Shown: in pieces, positions 30,708 through 39,739 of the stretch
Numbering within the stretch: the first letter of the stretch is position 1
Layout: every line of letters begins with the position of its first letter
Source of the DNA: Candidatus Latescibacterota bacterium
Lineage (GTDB): Bacteria > Latescibacterota > UBA2968 > UBA8231
Length of the DNA: 64,000 nucleotides
Direction: 5' to 3'
Assembly: GCA_007136405.1 (NCBI GenBank)
Contig: SLHA01000044.1
Location: 3,454 to 67,453 of the forward strand
The notes under the pieces: model-generated
The model's input: only the letters and a program-made list of their open reading frames with translations
What the model was told of the DNA's origin: nothing
Database searches by the model: none
Made by a program: the position numbers and the translations under genes

Positions 30708-30762
30708 AGGGCATCTCCTTTGTGATTACAGCCGTGCCGGCATTGCCGCGAGCACGAACGAT

Positions 30763-31308
30763 CTACCTGAACTTGATATTCTTCAGCGCCTCCCAGCGCG
30801 GATCCTGCTCCCGGCCGACACACTGACAGTTGTCCCGATTGAGGTCCGTACCGCAATGCGAACACAGACCCCGGCAATCTTTGCGGCAGTAAACCCGCAC
30901 GGGCAGTTCCAGCAATACACCGTCATGCACATGCTCGGCCAGGTTCAGCTCGCGCGTGCCGGGCCGCAGAATGACCAGTCCGCCATCCTCGGCCGCAGCC
31001 TCCAGCTCGTCAGGGGTGGCGTTTTTGAGCTGAAACAGGACCTGCAACTCAGCCCTTACCGGAACCTCCACGGGAACCAGGCAGCGGCAGCACTCGCCGC
31101 GTGCGATGGTCCGTACGGTTCCCGTCAGGGTAAAAGTCTCCATGATACGATGTAGTTGCAGGTGCACGTGAATGACGCCAGGGAAGGCGTAATAGGCATC
31201 CTGCAGGTCCAGACCCGCGGCCGTCACGTCCAGTACGTATTCCGACGCGCCTTCCTGGATCTCGTCCACCGGAAGCACCAGCGGATCCTGGCGATCGGTC
31301 CTTTTCAT
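30763..31308 (-). CDS. yceD: DUF177/YceD family protein
   Basis: ECCRCL, C..DCRGLCSHCG.DLN...C.C, DPRWEALK; position before rpmF. Confidence 0.92.
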   Translation of the reverse strand: MKRTDRQDPLVLPVDEIQEGASEYVLDVTAAGLDLQDAYYAFPGVIHVHLQLHRIMETFTLTGTVRTIARGECCRCLVPVEVPVRAELQVLFQLKNATPDELEAAAEDGGLVILRPGTRELNLAEHVHDGVLLELPVRVYCRKDCRGLCSHCGTDLNRDNCQCVGREQDPRWEALKNIKFR

Positions 31309-31529
31309 GATGCTGCAGCCCCGAAAAAAAACGCAACTCCAGCCAGAGCGCTCCGCGGTGCGTCCAAGGCGCGCCGCGCCGTGCATTGCGGATCCGCGCC
31401 GAAGTCACTGCGGACGATGCCGGGTTCCGCCGTGGCGCTTGCAGCTTCCACCCGGGCAAGGCTCGGACCGATGTTGCTGCTGCCGACACAATCCGGCTTG
31501 ATCATCATCAGTGTGCATCCCAGCTCCAT
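31305..31529 (-). pseudogene. ndk: Nucleoside-diphosphate kinase relic with in-frame internal deletion
   Basis: TLMMIKPDCV..NIG..LARVEAA joined to AEPGIVRSDFG...RALDAPRSA...VAFFF; HGSD replaced by RALD. Confidence 0.8.
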
Positions 31530-31584
31530 GAGTGTTTGCCGCTTTGTATACGGTTCCGGCTGCCGGAACCGGCACAAAAAGATT

Positions 31585-31613
31585 AAGCTACAGACGCCAT
31601 GCCTTTGTGTCAA
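31585..31613 (-). promoter_or_regulatory. Sigma70 promoter of ndk-relic/yceD/rpmF/fab run
   Basis: TTGACA-17 nt-TAGCTT. Confidence 0.65.
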
Positions 31614-31681
31614 CCTTTCCACACACCTTCCGGCCCTGCCTAACTGGCGTTCTCAGAATGGGTTCGGCCCGGCCGGCGCGC

Positions 31682-31710
31682 TTGACAGCCGATACCGGCG
31701 AACGTACTGT
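31682..31710 (+). promoter_or_regulatory. Sigma70 promoter of HD hydrolase
   Basis: TTGACA-17 nt-TACTGT, 8 nt before ATG 31719. Confidence 0.6.
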
Positions 31711-31718
31711 TGGACGCC

Positions 31719-33071
31719 ATGGAACCCATGCTCCTGGTAGACGACGGAAAAGCCATTCGGGATCCGGTCTGGGGGTACATTCACACGCCTCCTCCCGTCC
31801 TCAGTCTTATCGACACCGCGGAGTTCCAGCGTCTGCGTGGCATCACCCAGCTCGGGCATGTCCACCTGGTCTACCCCGGAGCCCGCCACAGCCGTTTCGA
31901 GCATTCCCTGGGTGTCTACCATCTGGCCAAGCAGTTCCTCCACCGCCTGCTGCGCTCTGACTCGGGTCTCCACCTGACCGACGAGGATGTCCGTGTTTTC
32001 ATCGCCGCAACGCTGCTGCACGATATCGGCCATTACCCGTTCTCCCACACCCTCGAGGAACTGCGGCCGTTTTTCGTATCCCACGAAACCCGGGCCCGGG
32101 AGATCATCGAACACTCGTCCGGGGCCATTCGCGCGGTACTGGAGAATGAGTTTCGGGTCGATCCCGCACGCGTCGCCAATGTGATCGACTGCAACCCTGC
32201 CGCACCCACACCATTGGACCGGGACGCACTCCTGGCCGGCATCCTGAGCGGCACGCTGGACCCGGACAAGATCGACTACCTGCTGCGGGACGCCATGTTC
32301 TGCGGGGTGCCCTTCGGTGAAAGCGTCAACCGCGACCGGCTCATCGCGTCGATCACGTTCGACGCCGAAAACCAGCGACTGGCCATCAGCAGTAAAGGGG
32401 TTTCTGCCGTGGAGGCCCTGGTTTTCACCAACTACCTGATGTACCGCAACGTTTACTGGCATCACGCCGTGCGCGCCGCGACGGCCATGCTCAAGCGGGC
32501 GGTGCAGGACATCCTGCTGCACCCGGAGTGCCGGCTCCAGCCGTCACGCTTCCACGGCCTGACGGAAGGAGAACTGCTCATGCTGCTGCAACAGGAACAG
32601 CAACGGCTCGATCTGCACGGATCATCCTGTCTGCTGGCCGGCACCATGCAGCGGAGGTTGCACAAGGTGGGTGCAGTGATCCATCCCGAGGAACGTTCGG
32701 AAACCCTGATGCGGCTCCTCAGCGAGCTGTATACGGACCCGCGACGGCGGCGCACCCTGGAGATCGAACTCTGTCGCATGGTCGGCCGCCGCCTGGGCCG
32801 GAAGTTGCACGGTCATGAGATCCTCATCGATATTCCGGCCTTCTCCAAAAGCCCGGAAGTGGATCTGCGCGTTTTCTACGGTACCGATATCCCGGAGCAC
32901 CGGTCCAATCCGCTGTCCCTGGATGATCCGGCCGTATCCCACCTGCGCGATTCCCTGTTGCTCAATTTCGAGGATCAGGCCAAGGTTTTCCGCATATACT
33001 GCATCGATGACGCGGACATCCGAAGCACCGTGCGGGCCCACGCCAAGCAGTATCTCATTGCCGGTGCCTGA
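31719..33071 (+). CDS. HD-domain phosphohydrolase (YdhJ/SAMHD1-like dNTP triphosphohydrolase family)
   Basis: IRDPVWG, EFQRLR.I.QLG, HSRFEHSLG, LLHDIGHYPFSH, DPDKIDYLLRD. Confidence 0.9.
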   Translation: MEPMLLVDDGKAIRDPVWGYIHTPPPVLSLIDTAEFQRLRGITQLGHVHLVYPGARHSRFEHSLGVYHLAKQFLHRLLRSDSGLHLTDEDVRVFIAATLLHDIGHYPFSHTLEELRPFFVSHETRAREIIEHSSGAIRAVLENEFRVDPARVANVIDCNPAAPTPLDRDALLAGILSGTLDPDKIDYLLRDAMFCGVPFGESVNRDRLIASITFDAENQRLAISSKGVSAVEALVFTNYLMYRNVYWHHAVRAATAMLKRAVQDILLHPECRLQPSRFHGLTEGELLMLLQQEQQRLDLHGSSCLLAGTMQRRLHKVGAVIHPEERSETLMRLLSELYTDPRRRRTLEIELCRMVGRRLGRKLHGHEILIDIPAFSKSPEVDLRVFYGTDIPEHRSNPLSLDDPAVSHLRDSLLLNFEDQAKVFRIYCIDDADIRSTVRAHAKQYLIAGA

Positions 33072-33169
33072 AACGCCGGTGGTTCCCGGGCGTCTACCCG
33101 GCGGTACCCGAACGGTCCTTTCCGTCAACGCATCCGTCCACGCAATTCATACGGCTCCATGAGGTCACC

Positions 33170-34393
33170 ATGTTCATCCGCCCGCTGATCCTCTTGATCG
33201 GGCTGGTCGGTCTGGCTGGTTTGCGGCCCGCCGCCGCCGGTAGCGAAGGATTCCCGGCTCCGCTGCGCGTCGCCGTGGTACCCGCCGAACCGGCGACCGG
33301 CCGTCCCGCCGGAATGGCGGCCTTCGCCCGTGGCACGCTGTCGCGCGAACTGGCACGCAGCGGCAGCTTCGTGCTGGTGGAACGCGAGCGCGTCGACCGG
33401 CTGCTGGAGGAAACAGGGCTGGCACAGTCCGGGATTACCCGCGGTACGACGGAGGCCCGCCTGGGGCTTCTGCTGGATGTTGAAAAACTTCTGTTCGTCG
33501 ACGTCCAGTTCATTTTTCCCCACTACAGTCTCACAGTGCGCATCGTCGATGTGAAAACCGGACAGGTGCAACGGGTGGAGAGTACCAGGTTGGGCCTGCG
33601 CACGGATCAGGCGCAGGAACCGCTGGAGCGTCTGGCCCGCCGGCTGGCCGCGCTCGCCCCGGTACTGGCACCGCCAGCCATGGTTCTCATACCCGCCGGT
33701 GTCGGCAGGATGGGTTCGAGCACCGGTCTGGCCGACGAGCAGCCGGTCCACACGGTGCGTTTGGATTCATTTTATCTGGACCGCTTCGAAGTGACCCGTA
33801 TCGAGTATCACGAATGGCTGGTGGCTGCCGGAAAACGCCGGATCGGTGATATCAGCGATCCCTTCAAACCAGCCACCGGTATGACCTGGCACCAGGCCGC
33901 AGCCTACTGCCGGGCGCAGGGCCGCCGCCTCCCCACGGAAGCGGAATGGGAGTTCGCTGCCCGGGGACCGGATGGCCACCCCTATCCGTGGGGTCATGAG
34001 CAACCGGATGACACGCGTGCATGCTTCGCCCGCACGGCGCACCGCCCGCTGCAGGTGCACACGCTTGCCGCCGGCACCACACCGCTGGGCGTGCACCACA
34101 TGGCCGGCAACGTGGCCGAGTGGGTGCACGACTGGTGGGCACCGGATTATTACACCAACAACCCCCGTGACAATCCCCGCGGTCCCGCCTACGGTGACTA
34201 CAAAGCGGTACGCGGCGGCGCGTACAACAGCCCGATCACGGAGCTGCGCGCCACCGCCCGCAGCTACCACAATCCGGAGCGCGGCGCGGCGCACATAGGG
34301 TTCCGATGTGCCCGGGACGTTGACCCCATAATCCACGGGAACCGGGTCCACCGTCCACCGCCCGGCCGCATGGCGGTACAGCCCTCCCATTGA
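33170..34393 (+). CDS. Secreted SUMF1/FGE-sulfatase domain protein with CsgG-like N-terminal domain
   Basis: Signal peptide; F.LVERER.D.LLEE; RLPTEAEWEFAARG, MAGNVAEW, RGG, IGFRCA. Confidence 0.85.
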   Translation: MFIRPLILLIGLVGLAGLRPAAAGSEGFPAPLRVAVVPAEPATGRPAGMAAFARGTLSRELARSGSFVLVERERVDRLLEETGLAQSGITRGTTEARLGLLLDVEKLLFVDVQFIFPHYSLTVRIVDVKTGQVQRVESTRLGLRTDQAQEPLERLARRLAALAPVLAPPAMVLIPAGVGRMGSSTGLADEQPVHTVRLDSFYLDRFEVTRIEYHEWLVAAGKRRIGDISDPFKPATGMTWHQAAAYCRAQGRRLPTEAEWEFAARGPDGHPYPWGHEQPDDTRACFARTAHRPLQVHTLAAGTTPLGVHHMAGNVAEWVHDWWAPDYYTNNPRDNPRGPAYGDYKAVRGGAYNSPITELRATARSYHNPERGAAHIGFRCARDVDPIIHGNRVHRPPPGRMAVQPSH

Positions 34394-34480
34394 CCGTGGC
34401 GAAAGACACCGTAGTATCGTCCTCTCAACACCGGTGACCGGTGTTGACCCGGCAACCCCTATCGACAGCGGCCGATCTCC

Positions 34481-35686
34481 ATGTCCACTCCCTCGTACCC
34501 CCAACTGCACCTGAAGAAGGCGACCGAGCGTGCCTTGCTCAACGGTCACCCCTGGGTATTCAGCGGCGCCGTGGCTCACTCTCCGCAGGTCGAAGCCGGC
34601 AGCGTGGTCGATGTCGTGGACCATCGCGGCCGATTCATCATGCGCGGCTCGTTCAATCCACACGCCGCCATCTGCGTCAGACGTTTGACCCGCAACCGGC
34701 AGACTGGCATCGATCGCGCGTTCTTCCAGGCGGCACTCGGCACGGCCTTCAGGCTGCGCGCCCGTTCCGGTCTGGCGGCCTCCACCAACGCCATGCGCCT
34801 GGTCCACGGCGAGAGCGACGGCCTTCCGGGCCTGGTGGCAGACGACTACGCCGGTCATGTCGTGGTGCAATTCCACAGCGCCGGCATGGAGACCTTTCGC
34901 GCGGACATTCTCGATGCAATCTGGGATCTGCGCCGGCCCCTGGGGATCTTCGAGCGCAGTGACGTGGGCACCCGCCGGGCGGAAAGACTGCTTGACCGTC
35001 CCACGGGTCTGCTGCGCGGCGCCGCCCCACCCGAACTGGTGCAGGTGCTCGAACACGGCACGCTCCTGGCCGTGGATCTGTACCATGGCCAGAAGACCGG
35101 GTTGTTCCTGGACCAGCGGCAGAACCGTCTGCTGGTCCAGGAACAGGCCGCCGGGGCAAGCGTGTTGAACTGTTTCGCATACACCAGTGCTTTCTCGGCG
35201 CACGCCTTGAGAGGCGGCGCTCGGCGGACGCTCGATGTGGAAATCACGGCTCCGGCGGCACGTGCGGCGCAGATGAACCTGTCCGCCAACCAGGGTCCCG
35301 GGGCCCATTGGGATATCGTGCGGGCCAATGTGTTCCAGTTTCTGGATGATCTGGCTCTCCAGGGTCCCCGGTTCGACCTGGTCATACTCGATCCGCCCTC
35401 GCTCCTGCGCAAACGCGAGCAGCTGTCGCAAGCCATGGGCGTGTATACCAAACTGAACCGCAATGCGCTGCGCCTGGTGCGCAGCGGCGGTCTGCTGGTT
35501 ACCGCCTCCTGCTCGTCCAGAGTCAGTCACGAAGACTTTTTCCAGGTTGTGCGTCGAGCCGCTGCCGGGGCAGGGGTCCAGCTGCGCATTCAATCCATGC
35601 ACCTGCAGCCTGCCGACCATCCCGTCGATCCCGCCTTTCCGGAAGGACGCTACCTCAAGTGTATCAATGCCAGAGTGGTGCGCTGA
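34481..35686 (+). CDS. rlmI: RlmI-like class I SAM-dependent rRNA methyltransferase
   Basis: GHPWVFS PUA domain, HGESDGLPGL, GQKTGLFLDQR, LDPP, ASCS, DHP..FPEGRYLK. Confidence 0.88.
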   Translation: MSTPSYPQLHLKKATERALLNGHPWVFSGAVAHSPQVEAGSVVDVVDHRGRFIMRGSFNPHAAICVRRLTRNRQTGIDRAFFQAALGTAFRLRARSGLAASTNAMRLVHGESDGLPGLVADDYAGHVVVQFHSAGMETFRADILDAIWDLRRPLGIFERSDVGTRRAERLLDRPTGLLRGAAPPELVQVLEHGTLLAVDLYHGQKTGLFLDQRQNRLLVQEQAAGASVLNCFAYTSAFSAHALRGGARRTLDVEITAPAARAAQMNLSANQGPGAHWDIVRANVFQFLDDLALQGPRFDLVILDPPSLLRKREQLSQAMGVYTKLNRNALRLVRSGGLLVTASCSSRVSHEDFFQVVRRAAAGAGVQLRIQSMHLQPADHPVDPAFPEGRYLKCINARVVR

Positions 35687-35780
35687 GTCCGGGCGCCCGT
35701 GTATCTGTACCCACACGACGCGCTGAGTCCGGGTGCCTGTGTATCCCGGGCCCGCATGGCGCGCTGAGTCCGGGCGCCTG
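35659..35780. repeat. Degenerate 40-41-bp tandem repeat (about 3 copies) overlapping rlmI stop
   Basis: GCGCTGAGTCCGGGYGCCY at 35680, 35720, 35761, each preceded by GTGTATC plus 14-15 variable nt. Confidence 0.85.
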
Positions 35781-35894
35781 GGGTCATGCCGCGGGGCCAG
35801 GCACCGCTCCCGAATCCAACCTCGGGTAGTATGTAGCCTGTGCCTGCATTGGGCCCTGCGTGCGCCAAACGGACCTGGCGCAAGCCGGACTTGC

Positions 35895-35923
35895 TTGACA
35901 CCCCGTCACCGGCAAACTATCGT
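35895..35923 (+). promoter_or_regulatory. Sigma70 promoter of uvrC-like/ogt/xerD
   Basis: TTGACA-17 nt-TATCGT. Confidence 0.65.
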
Positions 35924-35958
35924 CCAGAAACACCCCCCGCGGCACCGGGCAAGTGAAA

Positions 35959-37089
35959 ATGACCACAACAACCGCAGGCGCGAGCCTTCGGAGCACGCTG
36001 GACAGGCTCCCGGATCGCCCCGGGGTGTACATGATGAAGGGGCGGCAGGGAACCGCGATCTACGTGGGCAAAGCCAAAAACCTGAGACAGCGTGTCCGCG
36101 CCTACTTCCAGCCCGGGCAACGCGATGGGCGGCGGCAGTTCCGTGCATTGCTGCGCAGCGTACGCAGCATTGACTTCATCATGACAGCCTCGGAACAGGA
36201 AGCGCTGTTGCTGGAAGCCATTCAGATCCGCGCCCTGCGCCCCCGGTACAACGTGTCGCTGAAAGAGAACAGGGAATATCCCTATATCCGGCTCACCAGG
36301 CAGCACTATCCGCGCCTGCTGGCTACCCACGCCTTTGTGGACGACGGCTCGCGGTATTTCGGACCATTCAGCGATATCAGGGCCATGTACCAGACCCTCG
36401 AGCTGGTGGTCAGGCAGTTCGGCCTACGCACCTGCCGGCACCGCCTGCCGGCCGCAAACCGTGTTCCCTGCCTTGAATACCATCTGCATCGCTGCAGCGC
36501 GCCGTGCTCAGGGGGGCTGTCGGAAGCGGACTACGACTTGGCCGTCCAGCGAGCCATCAGCCTGATCGAAGGGCGCGACAGCGCCTACCTGGAATGCCTG
36601 CGCGCCCGCATGGCCGCCGCCGCGGTCAGCCGGAACTACGAGCAGGCGGCCCGCCTCCGGGACCAGCTACGAGCGCTCGAATTCATGCGCAACCGCCAGA
36701 AAGTCTGGCTGGATGAGCCGCTGAACCGTGATGTGGTGGGATGCGCCCGGCATGGCTGCCGGGCCGGCTGCTGTCTGCTGGTTTTCCGCGACGGTCACCT
36801 GCGGGCCAGCCGGCACCAGGTATTGACCGGCTGTCCGGCGGACACGGACACGCACATCGTCCTCGACTTCCTGCGCCGGCAGTACGGCCCGGTTGACCCG
36901 GAATACCCGTTCCCGGACGAAATCCAGACCACGGCGGCACAACCCGGCCTGCCCGAACTCCGCCGCCTGGCCGGGCCCAACCGGCCAGCGCCGGTGTGGA
37001 TTGTGCCAGAAGCTCATCCTGTCATCCAGGATCTGGCCGCGCGGAACGCCCGCTATCTGCTGGAGATCAAACCACCGGACCGGCCATGA
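35959..37089 (+). CDS. UvrC-like GIY-YIG excinuclease, C-terminally short (Cho-like)
   Basis: PGVYMM..IYVGKAKNLRQRV.YF, Cys-rich region, UVR coil YEQAARLRDQ; no RNaseH-like core/HhH end recognisable. Confidence 0.8.
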   Translation: MTTTTAGASLRSTLDRLPDRPGVYMMKGRQGTAIYVGKAKNLRQRVRAYFQPGQRDGRRQFRALLRSVRSIDFIMTASEQEALLLEAIQIRALRPRYNVSLKENREYPYIRLTRQHYPRLLATHAFVDDGSRYFGPFSDIRAMYQTLELVVRQFGLRTCRHRLPAANRVPCLEYHLHRCSAPCSGGLSEADYDLAVQRAISLIEGRDSAYLECLRARMAAAAVSRNYEQAARLRDQLRALEFMRNRQKVWLDEPLNRDVVGCARHGCRAGCCLLVFRDGHLRASRHQVLTGCPADTDTHIVLDFLRRQYGPVDPEYPFPDEIQTTAAQPGLPELRRLAGPNRPAPVWIVPEAHPVIQDLAARNARYLLEIKPPDRP

Positions 37090-37637
37090 ATGCGCTCGAC
37101 AGCAGCCACCGTGAAACCGCTTCATTGACGGATATTGCGACACCCTTCGGCATGGTGCGGCTGGTCTGGCAGGACGAGAACATCGTCAAGGTGGCGCTCG
37201 GTCCCTATCAGCCGGAATCCATCCTTCCGGTCGTGCTCCTGGGCCTGCCGTCCCATGCCCGGGGCCGGCGCCTGGTCGCCGCCTTTCTGGCCTATTTCCG
37301 GGGAGAACAGGTGGTGTTTCCGTGTCCCCTGCCGGAATCGGAGGGAACGGAATTTCAGCGCACGGTGTGGCGCGCCTTGGCCCGCATCCCGTACGGTACC
37401 TGTCAGGGCTACGGCGAACTGGCCGGCGGGCTCGGTATGCCGTCAGGTTCGGCCCGGGCAGCAGGTTCTGCCTGCGCCCGGAATCCGCTGCCCGTCATCT
37501 ACCCCTGTCATCGCGTCGTCGCCGCCACCGGAGCACTCACCGGATTCGGTGCGGGCCTGGCATGGAAAGCAGCACTACTGGAGCTGGAAGGCGTACCGCT
37601 GGATCGAGCTCGAATGCAAGTCACCAGGATGCGCTGA
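37086..37637 (+). CDS. ogt: Methylated-DNA--protein-cysteine methyltransferase
   Basis: GTEFQ..VW..L..IPYG, NPLPVIYPCHRVV; ATGA overlap with upstream gene. Confidence 0.92.
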   Translation: MNALDSSHRETASLTDIATPFGMVRLVWQDENIVKVALGPYQPESILPVVLLGLPSHARGRRLVAAFLAYFRGEQVVFPCPLPESEGTEFQRTVWRALARIPYGTCQGYGELAGGLGMPSGSARAAGSACARNPLPVIYPCHRVVAATGALTGFGAGLAWKAALLELEGVPLDRARMQVTRMR

Positions 37638-37638
37638 T

Positions 37639-38505
37639 ATGGCCCTCTTGCCGGTTTCGCTGCAGCACACCTTGAACCGCTTTCTGACCGCCATGGAGCA
37701 GGACCGCGGTCTGACGTCCAATACGCTGGATGCGTACCGGCGGGATCTCACCCGGTACCTGTCCAGCCTGGTGCAACAGGACGTCGCAACTTTGGATGAC
37801 GTGCGGTCGCGACATGTGCTCAGCTTCCTGCAGCAGCTGCATGACCGGGGAAGGCAGCCATCCACCCTGGCACGCAATATCACATCGTTGAAACGTTTTC
37901 ACCGCTATCTGCTGCTCCAGGGCATCACCAGTCTGGATCCCGTAGCCGAAGTCGAGTCCCCGCGGCTCCAACGGCGGTCGCCGGCATGCCTTTCTGCGCT
38001 CGAAGTCGAACTGCTGCTTGATGCTCCGGATACGAGCAGTCCGCTGGGGCTGCGTGACAAAGCCATGCTGGAGCTGCTGTATGCCTCCGGTCTGCGGGTC
38101 TCGGAGCTGATCGGCCTCACCCTCCCATACCTGCAGCTCGACAGTGGACTGCTCAGGGTTCGCGGACGCGGCAACCGGGAACGCGTCGTGCCCATGGGTA
38201 GCCAGGCCGTCAAGTACAACAAGGCATACCTGGACATCGCCAGACCCGCGCTGGTTGGTCCGGAGTCCGGGGCTGAAGTGTACCTGAATGCCCGCGGCAG
38301 CTCGCTCTCGCGCATGGCGGTCTGGAAGGCGATCAGGACAGCCGCGTCGCGCGCCGGCCTCGAACGCGACATCAGTCCGCATACGCTGCGACATTCCTTC
38401 GCCGCGCACCTGCTGCAGCGTGGCGTCAGCCTGCAGATCGTCCAGGAGTTGCTCGGTCATGCCGATATTTCCACTACGCAGGTGTACGCCCGTATCGACA
38501 GTTAG
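37639..38505 (+). CDS. xerD: XerD-like tyrosine recombinase (C-terminally shortened)
   Basis: NTLDAYRRDL, RDKAMLELLYASGLRVSEL, SPHTLRHSFA.HLL, QELLGHADISTTQVY. Confidence 0.85.
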   Translation: MALLPVSLQHTLNRFLTAMEQDRGLTSNTLDAYRRDLTRYLSSLVQQDVATLDDVRSRHVLSFLQQLHDRGRQPSTLARNITSLKRFHRYLLLQGITSLDPVAEVESPRLQRRSPACLSALEVELLLDAPDTSSPLGLRDKAMLELLYASGLRVSELIGLTLPYLQLDSGLLRVRGRGNRERVVPMGSQAVKYNKAYLDIARPALVGPESGAEVYLNARGSSLSRMAVWKAIRTAASRAGLERDISPHTLRHSFAAHLLQRGVSLQIVQELLGHADISTTQVYARIDS

Positions 38506-38829
38506 CGGGGCTCCACCGCAGACCGCCCGGACTTTTATGAGCAGTACCCGCGGAACCGTGACGCACAGGCAACGCCACCGGCGCCGCACGCCGGCCGGAA
38601 CCGCTGCGACGGGCACCGTCCCTGCCATCGGCATGCAGGCACTGTCCGTCCATCGTCCGCACCGTCCGGGGCTCTCCGGTCAGCCACGCGTCCGTCATAT
38701 CGAAACGCGACGTTCAACCGCCTGCATCGGGCGCCGCAGCCCCGGAGCGACCCCGGGCCCGGAAGCCGCTCCCCGCATGGACGGGAGCAGTGGCCACCGG
38801 AGGCGCCACACCTGTCAAGGCAGCCAACC

Positions 38830-39645
38830 ATGCCGGCACTCCGGAACCTGACCCTCGGCCGCTATGTGCCCACCGCATCTGTGGTGCACGGCCTGGATCC
38901 GCGCACCAAGCTGCTCGCCAGCATCGGTCTGATGGTGTCCGTGCTGGCCACCCCGAACCTCCCGGTTCTGGGCTTGTATTTCGGCTTTCTGGCGGTGAGC
39001 ACCCGGGCCTCCCGGCTGCCTGCTGCCATGCTGCTGCGCAACCTGCAGGCATTCACCTGGCTCTTCCTGTTCACCATCATCATGCACGCCCTGATGACTC
39101 CGGGAACGGTCTTGCTGGCATTTCCATGGTGGAACCTGACCGTAACCCGTGAAGGTGCCCATGGCGGCCTGTTCTACGGCCTGCGTCTGGCTGCGGTCAT
39201 CGTCACCGCGTCCCTGTTGACCCTGACCACGGCTCCTCTCGAACTGACCGGAGGACTGGAGCGTCTGCTCGGACCGCTTCGGCGCATCGGTGTACCGGCG
39301 CACGATCTGGCCCTGATGATCACCATCGCGCTTCGCTTCATACCCGTGCTGATCGACGAAGCCGAGCGCCTGCGCAAGGCGCAGCTCGCTCGGGGGGCGG
39401 ATTTCGGCGGCGGCCCCTTGCGGCGCGCACGCCAGATGATCCCTCTGCTGGCACCGCTGTTCATCTCTGCCTTTGACCGGGCCGACCGTCTGGCCCTGGC
39501 CATGGAGAGCCGTTGTTACCGTGGCGGCGAAGGGCGCACCAGCTACCACGAGCTCCGGTTTCGGCGCCACGACCTGCTGGCTGCCCTGATCGCGACCATG
39601 ATCGGGCTGGGCATCACCATCGTACCGCGCCTGCTGCACCGCTGA
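38830..39645 (+). CDS. ecfT: ECF transporter transmembrane component T
   Basis: LDPRTKL, IALRFIPVL, AQLARG, LALAMESRCY. Confidence 0.92.
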   Translation: MPALRNLTLGRYVPTASVVHGLDPRTKLLASIGLMVSVLATPNLPVLGLYFGFLAVSTRASRLPAAMLLRNLQAFTWLFLFTIIMHALMTPGTVLLAFPWWNLTVTREGAHGGLFYGLRLAAVIVTASLLTLTTAPLELTGGLERLLGPLRRIGVPAHDLALMITIALRFIPVLIDEAERLRKAQLARGADFGGGPLRRARQMIPLLAPLFISAFDRADRLALAMESRCYRGGEGRTSYHELRFRRHDLLAALIATMIGLGITIVPRLLHR

Positions 39646-39739
39646 CGGTTCGCTCGTGAAGCGAGCGACCGGTCAGGACGCCAGGAGCGGTTCAACCGCG
39701 TTGACCCAGCGTCCGCACTCAGAGAGCCATGGAGGCCGT

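Noticed and set aside
33767-35716. 649-aa minus-strand ORF, and many similar long antisense ORFs (e.g. 134-1486, 26497-27972, 8227-9624)
   Set aside because: Shadow frames of well-supported genes on the opposite strand in GC-rich DNA; no motifs
35659-35780. CRISPR array
   Set aside because: Variable segments only 14-15 nt, 3 degenerate copies, no cas genes or leader
37639-38505. Integrase marking a prophage or island
   Set aside because: Sequence is XerD-like, flanked by housekeeping genes, with no att/tRNA or cargo
38503-38505. Pyrrolysine or genome-wide TAG recoding
   Set aside because: Other genes here end normally at TAG (e.g. leuA, yceD, nadX-like) and no pyl genes are visible
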